Position numbers and translations under genes: made by a program. Below, one piece after another: positions 36,491 through 49,500 of a DNA stretch of 64,000 nt. The stretch comes from Dicyema japonicum (Eukaryota > Animalia > Dicyemida): positions 49,881-113,880 of the forward strand of contig RDEW01000086.1 in NCBI GenBank assembly GCA_011109175.1, written 5' to 3'. Every line of letters begins with the position of its first letter. Position 1 is the stretch's first letter. The notes under the pieces are model-generated. The model searched no databases and was not told the DNA's origin. It saw nothing but the letters and a program-made list of their open reading frames with translations.

Positions 36491-36650
36491 AAATAAATTT
36501 AATTACCAATTTTGAGAGTTTGAATTGAAGTGGAGAAGGGATTCTATTTGGTAACTACATTTACGAGTTTTAAACAATATTAAAAAAACATATGTATTAC
36601 TTAATTATGACAAAACTAAAATAACAAAAATTAAGTAATCATTAATTAAA

Positions 36651-39154
36651 TTATCGACGTTTCTTGCCAAAAACACGGTAGTTTACGAAAGAAGACACGA
36701 GAGGTTCTATTTCATATATTTTCCGAAAATATGTTTGTAAATTAGTCTGCCTCCGTTTTCGTTTTTTAATATAAACAACGATTCCGAATGTTATTAAGGC
36801 TACAAAAATTAAAATTACAAATATCGTCCATGTAATTATCATGGACTTGTTTGTTTTCTCATTCAATTTTGGTGATGTGGTGGTTTGCGGATATCTGCTA
36901 TCAAATTGGAAGACAAAATGATATTTGAAAGTCGAGTATTTTTGTGATGAGAACTCAATAGTAAGTGTGTAGTCAGGTGGTACTTTGATTATTGTGAAAG
37001 ATCCAGTTTGGGGATCAATTTTAAAGTATTTTAAAGATTCATCGAGAATTGAATATTTCATGTCGGTAATTTCTTCCGAGGAAAAATTAGCAGTATTCGT
37101 GATAACATTTCCGATCTTCAATTGAGGTCCATAAAGAGTACTATTTTGTGGAAGAGAGGATCCAAAGAAGTTGTATTTGAACATATTCTTCAGACTTGTG
37201 ACTTTAATAAAGCAATTTGTTTGAGTGAATAGTTGTTGTGGTCCCAAGTCATAAGCCTCAATGATAACATTATATATTGTTTCTTTGGTTATTCTCTTAT
37301 TTGTGTAAACTATTCCTGTGTTTGAATCTATTTTGAATAAATTATCAGTGTTATTCTTTGAAGGACAGTCAATAATACTCAAATCATTGATTGCATGTAT
37401 TCTATATTTGACTTGGGAGTTTTTTTCTGAGTCAATGTCTTGTGCTTTTATAATGAATAGTGATTGTTCTGATGGTAATTTTTCCATAATATAATTTCCA
37501 AAAGATTCGTTTATAAATATTGGAGAATTATCATTGGTATCAAGTATATCAATAGTTTTNNNNNNNNNNNNNNNNNNNNNNNNNNNNNNNTCAATGATAA
37601 CATTATATATTGTTTCTTTGGTTATTCTCTTATTTGTATAAACTATTCCTGTATTTGAATCTATTTTGAATAAATTATCAGTGTTATTCTTTGAAGGACA
37701 GTCAATAATACTCAAATCATTGATTGCATGTATTCTATATTTTACAAGGGAGTTTTTCTCTGAGTCTATGTCTTGTGCTTTTAAAGTGAATAGTGATTGT
37801 TCTGATGGTAAGTTTTCCATAATATAATTTCCAAAAGATTCGTTTATAAATATTGGAGAATTATCATTGGTATCAAGTATATCAATAGTTTTCGGTAAAT
37901 ATGTATTATTTGAGAGTTTTACTGTTATATTTATATTTTTTTCTTTTTCATAATCAAAAACTCGGTTTGATACTGGGTACATTGAAAACACTGAAACGGC
38001 AAAGTTATTTGTATCAACAATATCCCATTCTTCATTAATTCCAATATCAACGGATGTTTTGATTGGCATATTTTCATATATCTTTAAATACATGGCACTA
38101 TTATAAATGTTTTCAGAAATAATCTAACAATAATATTAATAAAATACTGTCAAGTTTGTTGTGTAAACATCTTGTCCTCTATCCCATGAATAAGGACAGC
38201 CATCATCAGTTAATTTAATACATGTAATATTAATAGTTGTGACAGGAATCACACTATTATAGTCATTCACATACACATTGTATTCATTCTTTACTGATAA
38301 ACTCAAACTAATTGCACGTGAGTTTGCAATACATGAAATTGTATCATTGGCCGTAGCAATTAAAGTCCCCAGTAATGAAGTGGTCTTATTAACAACAAAA
38401 ACGTTGGATTCCTCCTTCCATGATAATAATATATCATCTTCAGAAGCAGTTATGTTGTATTTAGGAGTTCGATGGTTAATTTTAATATCAATATATTCTA
38501 AATGTTCCAATGTATAATTGTCGACCGCAATAATTCTGAGTGACGTCATAGTATTGGCATTGATATTTTTAAGACATTTTAAAGTTAAGTTTATGGAATC
38601 TTCAATTAATTCAAAATCCTGGTTTCCAAGCAGTGCATATCTGATTATATCATTTTTATCTGCATCTGTGGCTTTTGGGAATGTTAAATTTGCCCCACTT
38701 TTTAAGTCAGTGACATTAAAATAAATTATTCGACTATCAAACTTCGGTTTATTATCATTTATATCCAATACCTAATTAAATTTATATTAAGAAAATACTT
38801 TCACTATTAGGTTTACAACTAAATTTTCAGATTCGCCAGTAAGAAAAAATTTATCCATTAATTCATCGTTTTTCAAATTCATAAATACAGTATCATAATC
38901 AATCCTTTCTTTAATCTAAATATGCTTATTCATCGTTACTGATATATCACCAGACTCGTCTACCGAGAAGTAATTACTTTGTAGATAAACATTATAGTCA
39001 TAACAATTAATCATTAAATCCTTACAGAAATTACCAATAATATGTCCAACTGGTAACTCTTCTTCAATTGTGTAATGTACTGAATTGGAATATGTTGGAG
39101 TCATCCATATTATGCAAATCAGTACATTCTATATAATTATCAATAACAAACCAT
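36651..39154 (-). CDS. Protocadherin-like cadherin-superfamily protein (signal peptide, about 6 cadherin-type repeats, TM, short basic tail)
   Basis: Exons 39152-39154, 38940-39128, 38799-38915, 38148-38771 and 36651-38123; introns 23, 24, 27 and 24 nt, all phase 0. MNVLICIIWMTPTYS signal, YTIEEELPVGHIIGNFCKDL, VLDINDNKPKF, ILDTNDNSPIF, AQDID, AYDLG, then TM and KKRKRR. Contains an N gap at 37560-37590. Confidence 0.9.
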
Positions 39155-40289
39155 CTGTTATCCAATCGTTGTTTTAACCTATTCAAATCCATTCCTTATA
39201 TATTAAATTATCGTATTTGAAATATAATATTCTTCGAACATAAGATACTTAAAATTTAGTTGTAAATAAATAAATTCGAAAAAAGTCAATGAGTAGCTTC
39301 AAGATATAAATTTGTAAGCAATTTCCGTACACGTTCCCTTTTACGATTTGTATGGAAATCCCATACTAATTACACTAGATGCCATATTTATTAAAAAATT
39401 ATAAAATTTTGATAATTTTGAAATGTCACTGAATGCGTAAAATGATATCGGAAAGGAATGTGATATTATCAAATTCAGTGGAACTTTGAACATATTTCCT
39501 TATACGATTCTTAATAATTAGTGACCACTAAATAAATTGTCTGATTACTAATTTATATGTTTTCTAATGTTTGCTTAATGTGTAATTCAACAATCTATAA
39601 TAATTTGATTGATTCGTAACAGGTCACTCTTGTAAGGTTACTGCGCAGTTTTCACTTAAGAAAAATTCAAAGTCCAATTTAACTCATAATCATGGACCAA
39701 ATTCCCTAACCTAGCTATCTCTCTTCTTGAAGGATATTCCGTATGGTTTGGACCTTTTCTACCTTTGAGAGATTATGGGTTTGCTCAGCTGTCGGATTGC
39801 GTGTTTGACCACCGTAAGTTAGTGTCTGAAAATTAACCAACTAGATTCTAAATACTAGTTTGGGTAGTCTATATATCAACCACGTGATTAATATCATATA
39901 TTAAGTTAACTTTAGCCCTTTCTTTGCTTGAATGTTCGAAAATACTACGACCATTAGTAAGCGGGCCGTGTTCCGATGAGATCAAGTGATTCTGGGAAAC
40001 AAGAGATCCATAAATATGAAATCTAAATTGAATCATGTTAATTTCAGCATACTTTTAATAGCTTTAATGTTAACTTTTATCATCTGTTGCTTCAATTCAG
40101 CAGATTCTAAAGTGTCTATGAACCACGACCACAAACCATAAGTCTTATATTACAATGTTGGTCTCTAAAGATAACCGACTCTACTTGATTATTAATGGAA
40201 AACAAATCCCATGTACAAAGTTAAAGTTTTGAGATTCAGTTCGACTCCCATATGATTTTTTTGACATGGACAATATACAATACCATCGA

Positions 40290-41090
40290 NNNNNNNNNNN
40301 NNNNNNNNNNNNNNNNNNNNNNNNNNNNNNNNNNNNNNNNNNNNNNNNNNNNNNNNNNNNNNNNNNNNNNNNNNNNNNNNNNNNNNNNNNNNNNNNNNNN
40401 NNNNNNNNNNNNNNNNNNNNNNNNNNNNNNNNNNNNNNNNNNNNNNNNNNNNNNNNNNNNNNNNNNNNNNNNNNNNNNNNNNNNNNNNNNNNNNNNNNNN
40501 NNNNNNNNNNNNNNNNNNNNNNNNNNNNNNNNNNNNNNNNNNNNNNNNNNNNNNNNNNNNNNNNNNNNNNNNNNNNNNNNNNNNNNNNNNNNNNNNNNNN
40601 NNNNNNNNNNNNNNNNNNNNNNNNNNNNNNNNNNNNNNNNNNNNNNNNNNNNNNNNNNNNNNNNNNNNNNNNNNNNNNNNNNNNNNNNNNNNNNNNNNNN
40701 NNNNNNNNNNNNNNNNNNNNNNNNNNNNNNNNNNNNNNNNNNNNNNNNNNNNNNNNNNNNNNNNNNNNNNNNNNNNNNNNNNNNNNNNNNNNNNNNNNNN
40801 NNNNNNNNNNNNNNNNNNNNNNNNNNNNNNNNNNNNNNNNNNNNNNNNNNNNNNNNNNNNNNNNNNNNNNNNNNNNNNNNNNNNNNNNNNNNNNNNNNNN
40901 NNNNNNNNNNNNNNNNNNNNNNNNNNNNNNNNNNNNNNNNNNNNNNNNNNNNNNNNNNNNNNNNNNNNNNNNNNNNNNNNNNNNNNNNNNNNNNNNNNNN
41001 NNNNNNNNNNNNNNNNNNNNNNNNNNNNNNNNNNNNNNNNNNNNNNNNNNNNNNNNNNNNNNNNNNNNNNNNNNNNNNNNNNNNNNNNNA
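40290..41090. other. Assembly gap with duplicated flanks (39830-40289 resembles 41095-41715)
   Basis: Run of N; near-identical sequence on both sides. Confidence 0.95.
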
Positions 41091-41779
41091 GATAATTAAC
41101 CAACTAGATTCTAAATACTAGTTTGGATAGTCTATATATCAACCACGTGATTAATATCAGATATTAAGTTAACTTTAGCCATTTCTTTGCTTAAATGTTC
41201 GAAAATACTACGACCATTAGTAAGCGGGCCGTGTCCGATGAGATCAAGTGATTCTGGGAAACATGAGATCCATAAATATGAAATTTAAATTGAATCATGT
41301 TGATTTCAGCATACTTTTAAAAGCTTTAATGTTAACTTTTATCATCTGTTGCTTCAATTCAGCAGATTCTAAAGTGTCTATGAACCACGACCACAAACCC
41401 TAGTTTTATATTACAATGTTGGTCTCTAAAAAAAACCGACTCTACTTGATTATTAATGGAAAACAAATACCATGTACAAAGTTAAAGTTTTGAGATTCAG
41501 TTCGACTCCCATATGATGTTGCTTCAATTCAGCAGATTCTAAAGTGTCTATGAACCACGACCACAAACCCTAGTTTTATATTACAATGTTGGTATCTAAA
41601 GATAACCGACTCTACTTGATTATTAATGGAAAACAAATACCATGTACAAAGTTAAAGTTTTGAGATTCAGTTCGACTCCCATATGATTTTTTTTGACATG
41701 GACAATATACAATACTGTCTAATCTTAGGTAATTTTTTCCCTTTTGTAGAGATACACCAACTTTCTATATTCGATATGT

Positions 41780-42290
41780 TTTCATTAACTTTTATGTAAT
41801 TACAACAACAAAAACTACAGTAATTAACATCTGGCAACGGCTATACTTTCTTTTTGCGAAATAACCTTTGTCAATCTCAACAGCCAATCCTTTACCACGT
41901 TTATTGAAATTCTGTCTCATCAATTTTTCCGTTTGGTGACAGGATAACAATAACGCGCATAAACATTGACCAATTGACTGTTGTATGTACGTGAATTTCT
42001 CCATAATGGAGATATACNAACTTTCTATATTCGATATGTTTTCATTAACTTTTATGTAATTACAACAACAAAAACTACAGTAATTAACATCTGGCAACGG
42101 CTATACTTTCTTTTTGCGAAATAACCTTTGTCAATCTCAACAGCCAATCCTTTACCACGTTTATTGAAATTCTGTCTCATCAATTTTTCCGTTTGGTGAC
42201 AGGATAACAATAACGCGCATAAACATTGACCAATTGACTGTTGTATGTACGTGAATTTCTCCATAATGGAGATATATTGTTTGGTTCACA
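41780..42290 (-). mobile_element. Merlin (IS1595/ISXO2-like) transposase fragment, duplicated around a single n
   Basis: GLAVEIDKGYFAKRKYSR matches the Merlin VEIDES.F.KRKY.RG motif. Confidence 0.75.
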
Positions 42291-42699
42291 AATATGAAGC
42301 TAATCACATCCTCGGATTTTACCTACGTTTCCTCTAACCATGTTACTGTAAAATTTGTTGTCTCTTAGGAAAATATTTTCTAATCATCCATAAAAGGTAA
42401 ATTGTTCGTGGCATAAGTTATCATTGATGGAGTTGATTGACAAATATATACTTTTGGGTACTCTTCACTCAATCTGGTCAAAGATATGATTCTCTATGCA
42501 AAATACCCCTTGATCTCTATACTCTTCAAATTTCAATTTGAATGGTCACTCAGTTACAAGACTTCAGATGAAATTAATAATCAAACAAACAAGTCAACAA
42601 CAAAAAAAATTTGAAATACAAATTTGAGACAGATTGATTTTTTAACATCAATCTAAGTTGAATATAAACAATTTCCAAATTCCTGATAAATACATTGAT

Positions 42700-43040
42700 T
42701 AAGGCCTGTTCCTTGAAACCATAACACATTCTTCTCGTTCCAAGCTGATTGGCAGACGAAATAAGTCCTTATGTTTCAACGCATCTTGCCAAGTCAGGTC
42801 GCACCATAGATGATCATGCTGGATTCCTTTATTTATTTTGAACTCCGGCTGAGAAGACCCAATGAAAATTATGGGTTCTTTATTCGAACAGCATCTGAGG
42901 TGAATAGAGTAAAAATCTATTTTGCGGTCTAAATCGTAAGGCAGCTGAAAATCAATCGTATAAATATTCAATTTCAATTGGGAATTAGAGGTTGCGATTA
43001 AATCATCGGCGTATGATAACAAGGAGTCTATGTCCCCATC
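42700..43040 (-). mobile_element. LINE RT fragment
   Basis: LSYADDLIATS motif. Confidence 0.5.
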
Positions 43041-43723
43041 AGTCAGTTAATCGTGGAAGAATGGGTTTAACATAGTCAGAGAGGATTTTTTGACATTTAA
43101 AAAACTGGGATTTATACATGATTGCAGTATTAATTAAAATTTTCTTTAAATTTTTGTCAATGTAATAATATTATTTTAAATTTATTTATTTTTTAAATAA
43201 TGTCTCCTCTGTGGTGGATCAGTGATTTGTCCTCCCTTAACTGCTTGACGATAATATCAATCAAATCCTTTCTGGTCCAGGACAACATTGACGTTAAGTG
43301 AACTGTGGGAGCGTCTAACACAATCAATCGGACGCTTGATGGTAGCTGGACTTCCACATGTCATTAGGAAGGTACAACTGACTAATTAAACGCATAGATT
43401 TGTTTTAATATTTGTCACCGTCTGTACGTGGAACTCCACAGGGAACTGCGTCTTATGTAGAACTCCACAAGAACCAATAAAAATTAGTACCCTGGATAAT
43501 TCAGATTTTTCTGAGTTGAATGGTGTAACTTTTAGTTAAAATCGCTAATATTTTAAAATCATTAAGTAGCAAATTCCACTCAAATGAATAGTGGCATTTT
43601 AATGATATTTTATTATACAAATGGTTTTATGCTTCAGGTTGATTCAGCAATTTTTTGTGATAGAATAATTTTTTAATTAAAGATAATTTTCGCTTAGTTT
43701 GTTTTTAATTTTTTAAAATTTTG

Positions 43724-43950
43724 ACCGCGTGGCTTCATGTTTTTTTGGTCATAAAATATTTTTCTTCCTTCCAATGTCGTCAATGGTTCCACTTTACTTA
43801 GGAGACGCCCAATGCCTGGCCCGCATCAGGAGGATCTAGTTATTCTTCCCCAGGGACAATTTCGCTACCTGGAGACAAGTTCTGGAACGCTGGAAAGATC
43901 AAGGAGTTAGTTAGTATTGCTATCCTTGGTTTTTGGAATTATATAATTTA
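43724..43950 (+). mobile_element. Structured SINE-like element, copy E
   Basis: Head CCGCGTGGCTTCAT, core at 43776-43838, tail GATCAAGGAGTTAGTTAG; colinear with copy B. Confidence 0.75.
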
Positions 43951-43961
43951 GTAGATTATAC

Positions 43962-44911
43962 CAGAGGTTGTCAAACGGTGTGCCGCGGCACACTAAGTGT
44001 GCCGCAAGACAATTTCTAGTGTGCCGCCTGCCAAATACAAATTTGAATAAATTTATATACATTTTTGACCTAATTAATTTAAAAAGATAAACGAATTAAA
44101 ATAATTACTAAAATTAAAATAATTATTTTTTATTATACATTAAATGACATTTACATTGGTTAACCATTATTTATTAATTTTTTAATAACGTGCGCATCAA
44201 CGTGCTTATGGGTAAATCAGTTCGTCGTTCTTATAAAAATTCTTATTTGTCATTTGGATTTATATGCAAAGATAAAAATAAACTACCTCAATGTCTAATT
44301 TGCATGGAAGTTTTGGCAAGTGATGCTATGGTTCCTAGCAAACTAAAGAGACATTTTACTTCCAAGCATCCGGACTATTCCGAAAAATCTGTGGATTATT
44401 TTATCCATTTGAAAAAAACAACTTAAGTATTATTTAGTTTTTACTATGAATCGTAGATCTGATGTTCAGTGAAACTTTTTTAAACACAAAGGAATCATTG
44501 AAATGTTCATACCTGATCTCAGAAGTGATAGCAAAACAACTAAAACCTCACATTATTGGCGAAAACTTGATAATCCCTGCTTGTCGTATTATTGCTCGGA
44601 CTATGTTTGTCATAAATATGAACAAAAAATAATGAAGATACCTTTGTCAGATAATACTGTTTCTCGTCCGATTTGTGCTGAAATGAGAGTGCCTTTGTCA
44701 ACCATTCGACCTGATATTGATGATATATGCAAAAACAATAATAATTAAGAATTCATTTTTTTTATTAATAAAAATTTGGGCATTAAATTACCAATTTTTG
44801 TACTTAGTTTTACACATCTTAAAAATTTAATTTTTTTATTTTTTAATGTGTGCCGTGGATTATTTTTTTTACGATTAGTGTGCCGCGAGAATTATTTTTT
44901 GAAAAGCTCTG
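43962..44911 (+). mobile_element. Non-autonomous hAT (Buster/Charlie-type) element
   Basis: TIRs CAGAGGTTGTCAAA / TTTGAAAAGCTCTG; 8-bp TSD GATTATAC / GATTATGC. zf-BED PQCLICMEVLAS..PSKLKRHF..KH and IPLSDNTVSR; transposase internally deleted. Confidence 0.9.
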
Positions 44912-45614
44912 GATTATGCGATACTAGTAATGTTAAATTTGTTATTGTTTGGATTTTAACATATTTTTCATGATTAATTATGAGCAGACGTCAAATGAAA
45001 TTGAAAACAATTATTTACTAAATAAAATAAATAGTCAGGAAAATGTTATAAAAAATGTGACAAAATTAAACGGAGTTTCTCTTACGGACGGTGGTAATAT
45101 ATATTAATAAAAATTGGAATATAAATAAAATAAATTTTAAATGTCAATCGATGAAAGAATTCCAGGCATTTTTATTTGTTACATTTGCTTTAACAAACTC
45201 ACAAATGTTTTCTATAGTCCAAACCGCGTTAACATGTGTTGCCTTGAATGTGTGATAGACAAACACAAAAATCATGTCCTCATCGCCGTAGATTCTTCAC
45301 AATAGATAATTTTGTGTACTGTCGTTGGGATGGTGAGGTAATTGAAGAATGGAACACCAGACATTGTCTTCCTGAGGATTCTCCAGAATTGTAAAAACCT
45401 GTTAGATATTTAGTTGTACCGTTCACAAGAAAAAGGGAAGTATATTGCAGCACATGCTCTTTTATAAAGAATGGAACACCAGACATTGTCTTCCTGAGGA
45501 TTCTCCAGAATTGTAAAAACCTGTTAGATATTTAGTTGTACCGTTCACAAGAAAAAGGGAAGTATATTGCAGCACGTGCTCTTTTATAATCTGTACCGAC
45601 TGTGCCCTCTGGTC

Positions 45615-45930
45615 AATAATAATAATAATAGCCTTTTCACGAGAGCCGCATAGGCAGGACACACACTTTATTTAAGTAAAGAACAGTTAATTTTAACTAA
45701 TCGTAGAACCAAGGAATGATCTTAACTTCTTCCTTTCTTTTTCTTGTGTGTGGGTCCTTAGGCATATTGGTTAGCCAGGTGATATAGTGGTTAGGTGTCG
45801 GGCTAAAGTGGCTTAGGTTGCGGGTTCGATTTTCGCTGCTGTTCACCTGGTGGAAGGTTCCACGCATCTACGATGCTAAAAGGGTTTGACTAGTGACGCC
45901 GTCATCAGTGGATACTCACTGCGGAACTGG
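45615..45930. mobile_element. tRNA-derived SINE with inverted 5' half
   Basis: 3' half with (TAT)n tail on minus (45615-45755). tRNA-like head (A-box-like TAGTGGTTAG, B box GGTTCGATT at 45823-45831) and 5' body on plus (45774-45930). Confidence 0.75.
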
Positions 45931-46289
45931 AAAAAATTCAAAAGGAAGAAGTACCACAGCTTTGTGAACCGGTTTTTCAAGCCGACCACTGTTGAGACGT
46001 CTTGTGTTATTAGCCCCTTGCATATCTGAGCTTATCAGGTAAATCAGTCGGCCTACAAGGTAGCGGATAGGTAAACCTAGAATGCGATGGTTTTTCCAGA
46101 ATATTGGGCATGCGTTAATGAGAGATAACAACCCATAATTATATGAATACTTGGGGTTAACTTGTGTCGTGCTCTTCATAATTCGTTCTACAAGTTTTTT
46201 TATGTAAATTTCCTCCTCGAACGTCTCCACAGTTCATCGGGTCGTCTACTATGAGGACATAGACAATATTGGAGATGTTAGTTATTTAG

Positions 46290-47060
46290 TTAGTTAAGTA
46301 AACCCAGCACTAACTTGTAGGAGGACAGCAGCTACTAAGTAGTACGAAGTAGATGTTGGTCGCTCCCATAGATCGGTCAGTTCTGGCATTGTGGAGAAAC
46401 GTTGCGCCAATTCATGACATTGAAATAGGTGATTTGTTGTCAGCACGTGGAGGTTGCAAAAGGGGCAGAGTATATCATATGTTGGTAGATATGGGTGGTG
46501 CCCACATCGTAGACGAGCCAGGTTTACTCGCACGTCCCTTGAAAGAGAGGATTCTGATTGGTCTATTGGAGGAGGGGGTCGCTGTAATATTTTATTGTCT
46601 CCGAGTCTTCGGATGCTTCTCATAAATACAAAATCGTGTATCTGTTTCAGACGACTCCTGTCATTGTGGATGGAAGGAATGGATGATAACATTCGAGACA
46701 GGTCACTGGTTGTCATAATAATTTTCCTTTTTTTTGCGGCTTGCATAGGGAATGGCAGGGATGTTCTAGACTGTGGAGAGGAACTGAAGGGCTCTCATTT
46801 CCAGATGGTCTCCAATTGGAAGGATCTTTGACTCCCAATGTAGATGATCGACAGGAGTTGATCTGAGACATCCAGTAATTATCTTGAGCGCGATGTTTTG
46901 TACTTTTTGTAGTTTGTCAATAGAAGTAAGGCAGAGGTCGACCAGCAAGGGCTTGCATAGTTAATAGTTGTTCGAATGAATTGTTTATGATGGTTAGATT
47001 TTGGGATGTTTCGTAACGGTTAGTGGTTGTCCATGATTAGATATGTGTCAACGAGTCACC
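46290..47060 (-). mobile_element. I/Nimb-like LINE ORF2 C-terminus
   Basis: KLQKVQNIALKIITGCLRSTP, LARLRCGH, and CPFC..NHLFQC knuckle. Confidence 0.8.
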
Positions 47061-47061
47061 C

Positions 47062-47400
47062 AACAAAAAGTATAGTTAAATTAATAAAGTCAAAATTTGA
47101 CTTATTTAAATAAATTTAATACTTATTTATTTATAAAAATAGTTTACAATATGGCGAACCTATAAATACGTTAATTTATTATATGGCGTGGGTTTGCCAC
47201 TTTCTTGTGGTGGTTTGTTTGTGTTTCATTGTATTTATTATATTGTATTGTATTTTTTGGTTGTATTGTCCTACATTATATTATGATTTATCAAATAGTG
47301 TCGAAAGCTGTTATCAAAATGTCCAATATATATTTTATATTTTGTTAACCAATAAATAATGATTATTTCTCACTATTTGATTTGTCCTTTTTCATATTCT
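47062..47400. repeat. Composite repeat, partial copy 3
   Basis: Contains TTTACAATATGGCGAACCTATAAATAC and downstream homology to 16485-16700. Confidence 0.75.
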
Positions 47401-47574
47401 CTTGCTATTTCTCTTTCAAATTGTTCGTGTCCCAACTTGTTATTTAGTTGCATGGTTATTTTCAATTGTCTCAATGAATATGATTATTAACCCATTACCC
47501 ATTTCACAAGCAGACTTTGTAGCTTCATTATTTGTTCTCTCCAACGACTCATCATACAAAACTACATTTATTTT

Positions 47575-47790
47575 TTTAACCCAAGAACACCAATAGTTAA
47601 TTTAATTGTATTAAATTAATTAGGTGATCCCGGCCGCCTCCATCAGGTCTCTCATCTTTTTCCGGTGGACCTTCCGAGATCCAACACAGCTGCTTTGAGG
47701 ACGGGAGGGTTTTGAAAGAAATACAAGAGGGGTGATGTAAAGTCTTCTAGTAAGACCCAATCCATTAGAGCATTGAAGGAAGTTGGATTT
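47575..47790 (-). mobile_element. I-group LINE 3' end
   Basis: VHRKKMRDLMEAAGIT*, 3'UTR and A-tail. Confidence 0.6.
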
Positions 47791-48379
47791 TCGGCATCAG
47801 TGTTTACTGTCTCCTCGCAAATATAATTTTCAAAATCTATTTCAAATTATAAAAAAATAATACCAACTATCATTATTGTTACAGTGTTAAAACCAGGAAT
47901 GCATCTATATATTTCAAAAGTTGTTTTTCCGCTCGACTAGTGTACAATTATTTTTTCATATTTGAATCCAAGATTTTTCAGCGATGCCGTCATTTTTTGA
48001 CAGAATCCGTGTGATGGTTTGATTGAATGGTTCTATGATACCTTAAAAAAATGAACAAACAACTGACCTTGAGAAAGAGGATTGTTTGGTCTTTGGTGAA
48101 CTTGTTTAATATTAAATTCTTTAGTAAGTGCCCTAATATCGGAATTATTTATAATATTTCATAATTTGTACAATTCATGTTGATTCTTCTGTTTGAGTTT
48201 GTGCACAGCTTGGAAAGAGTTTCTTTTTAAGAAGGTTTCTTTCTTTATGAGAATTTTTTTCTCCCGGTCTAGATTTTCGTCGTAGAGTTTAAAAGTGAGT
48301 TTTTTGGAATAAAGGTACTCCTCCTTTTATTCATTTCAAGATAAACCTGGTTATAGATTGCTGAGGTTAAAGCTTCCAT

Positions 48380-48660
48380 CTCATTGTCCATACAAATGAC
48401 CAGCTTGTGATTTCCATTTGGATCTGTAAGAGACATTTTGTCGATGATCATCCTGAAGTGATGAAGGTCCCGTATAGCATTATCCCTTGTTTTATGTTTT
48501 CCCTTTCCGTTTCAGCCATAATTTTTTCAATCCGTGTGTTGCCGCGTTTGTCATGGTTTTTCTTTGTATGATATCATCACTATTTCCTAATAGGGAGCCA
48601 AGCTTCTTTGTGTATCTTCACTTTTCATCTAATGAGTTATTCATTCGTCAAAGGGTAATT
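48380..48660 (-). mobile_element. RTE-X fragment
   Basis: KKLGSLLGNSDDIIQRK motif. Confidence 0.65.
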
Positions 48661-48899
48661 TATTTATGGCTAGTAAAGCCTCTCTAATAGTTACAACTTT
48701 CTTCAACGGGTTTTCCACTATCAATTTCTTGTAAATTTTCTTTGAATCATGCAAATCAATTTTTTTATTCTCTTTGTAGTTAATTTCGATGTGAAGTCTA
48801 TCCTCTATATGATTACTTTTCATTTTGTCCAGAATATATTCGTAATTTTCAATAACAGAGTTTTCAGAATTTATATTTTCAATGATTTGAAACATTTTG

Positions 48900-49500
48900 C
48901 GTGTGTGAAGTATTTGAATATAAGAAACTATCCATTTTGTTCCAATTCACTAATATTGCATCTTTTAAGTTTAATTTTCTTATGCAAAATAAGGATTTAT
49001 CCCAAATTTAATTTTCTGATTAATATTGAAAATTAAATAGAATTTAAATGGCGTTTGTACATAATTTGATTATTTTCTGGTTGCAAAAACGACGTTGTAT
49101 TTGATGGTAGAAATATTATTTCAATTTTTCAGGTCCTATTTTACTTCTCAGATCATCGAGAAATACGTGCATTATTTTTTGGGAAGCAATTTGTGAAATT
49201 TTTATCGAAGATATTTCAATAATCTTTAAATTGCATTTGTTTGTTTGTTTTTTAATCGTATACAGTTACGTTTTATGAAAACAACAATAAATACGTTATT
49301 TAAAACTTATTTAAGATTGCGGATTTATTAAAAAATCTGGCGGGTTAGAGAATGTTAGTTATTATTGACGGATACCTGTATTTGTTTGTATGGGAATTGG
49401 TAAAATTTAATATGCATAACTAATTTGAACCAGCTATCCTAGTGGTTGATTGATAGATGATTGAGGATGTGAAGTGGCTATGGCATAACTTAAGGACATT
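48900..49500 (-). mobile_element. pogo/Tigger DDE relic
   Basis: IFLPSNTTSFLQP motif. Confidence 0.6.

Noticed and set aside
40225-40255. B-box-like GTTCGACTCCC repeated at about 40240, 41500 and 41670
   Set aside because: No A box or cloverleaf upstream, and the copies are in gap-flank duplications.
40192-41121. Three long ORFs in the track (303, 289 and 277 aa)
   Set aside because: They are almost entirely X; artefacts of the N gap.
41760-42270. Tandem duplications abutting a single n (also 49480-49920, 54250-54570, 55100-55460, 63400-63790)
   Set aside because: Near-identical overlapping contig ends joined by one n are typical scaffolding artefacts, not arrays.
43790-43825. 5S rRNA-like similarity (TACTT..GGAGAC.GCC..AATGCC) in the structured SINE core
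   Set aside because: Short, gapped and not extended upstream; kept only as an alternative to test.
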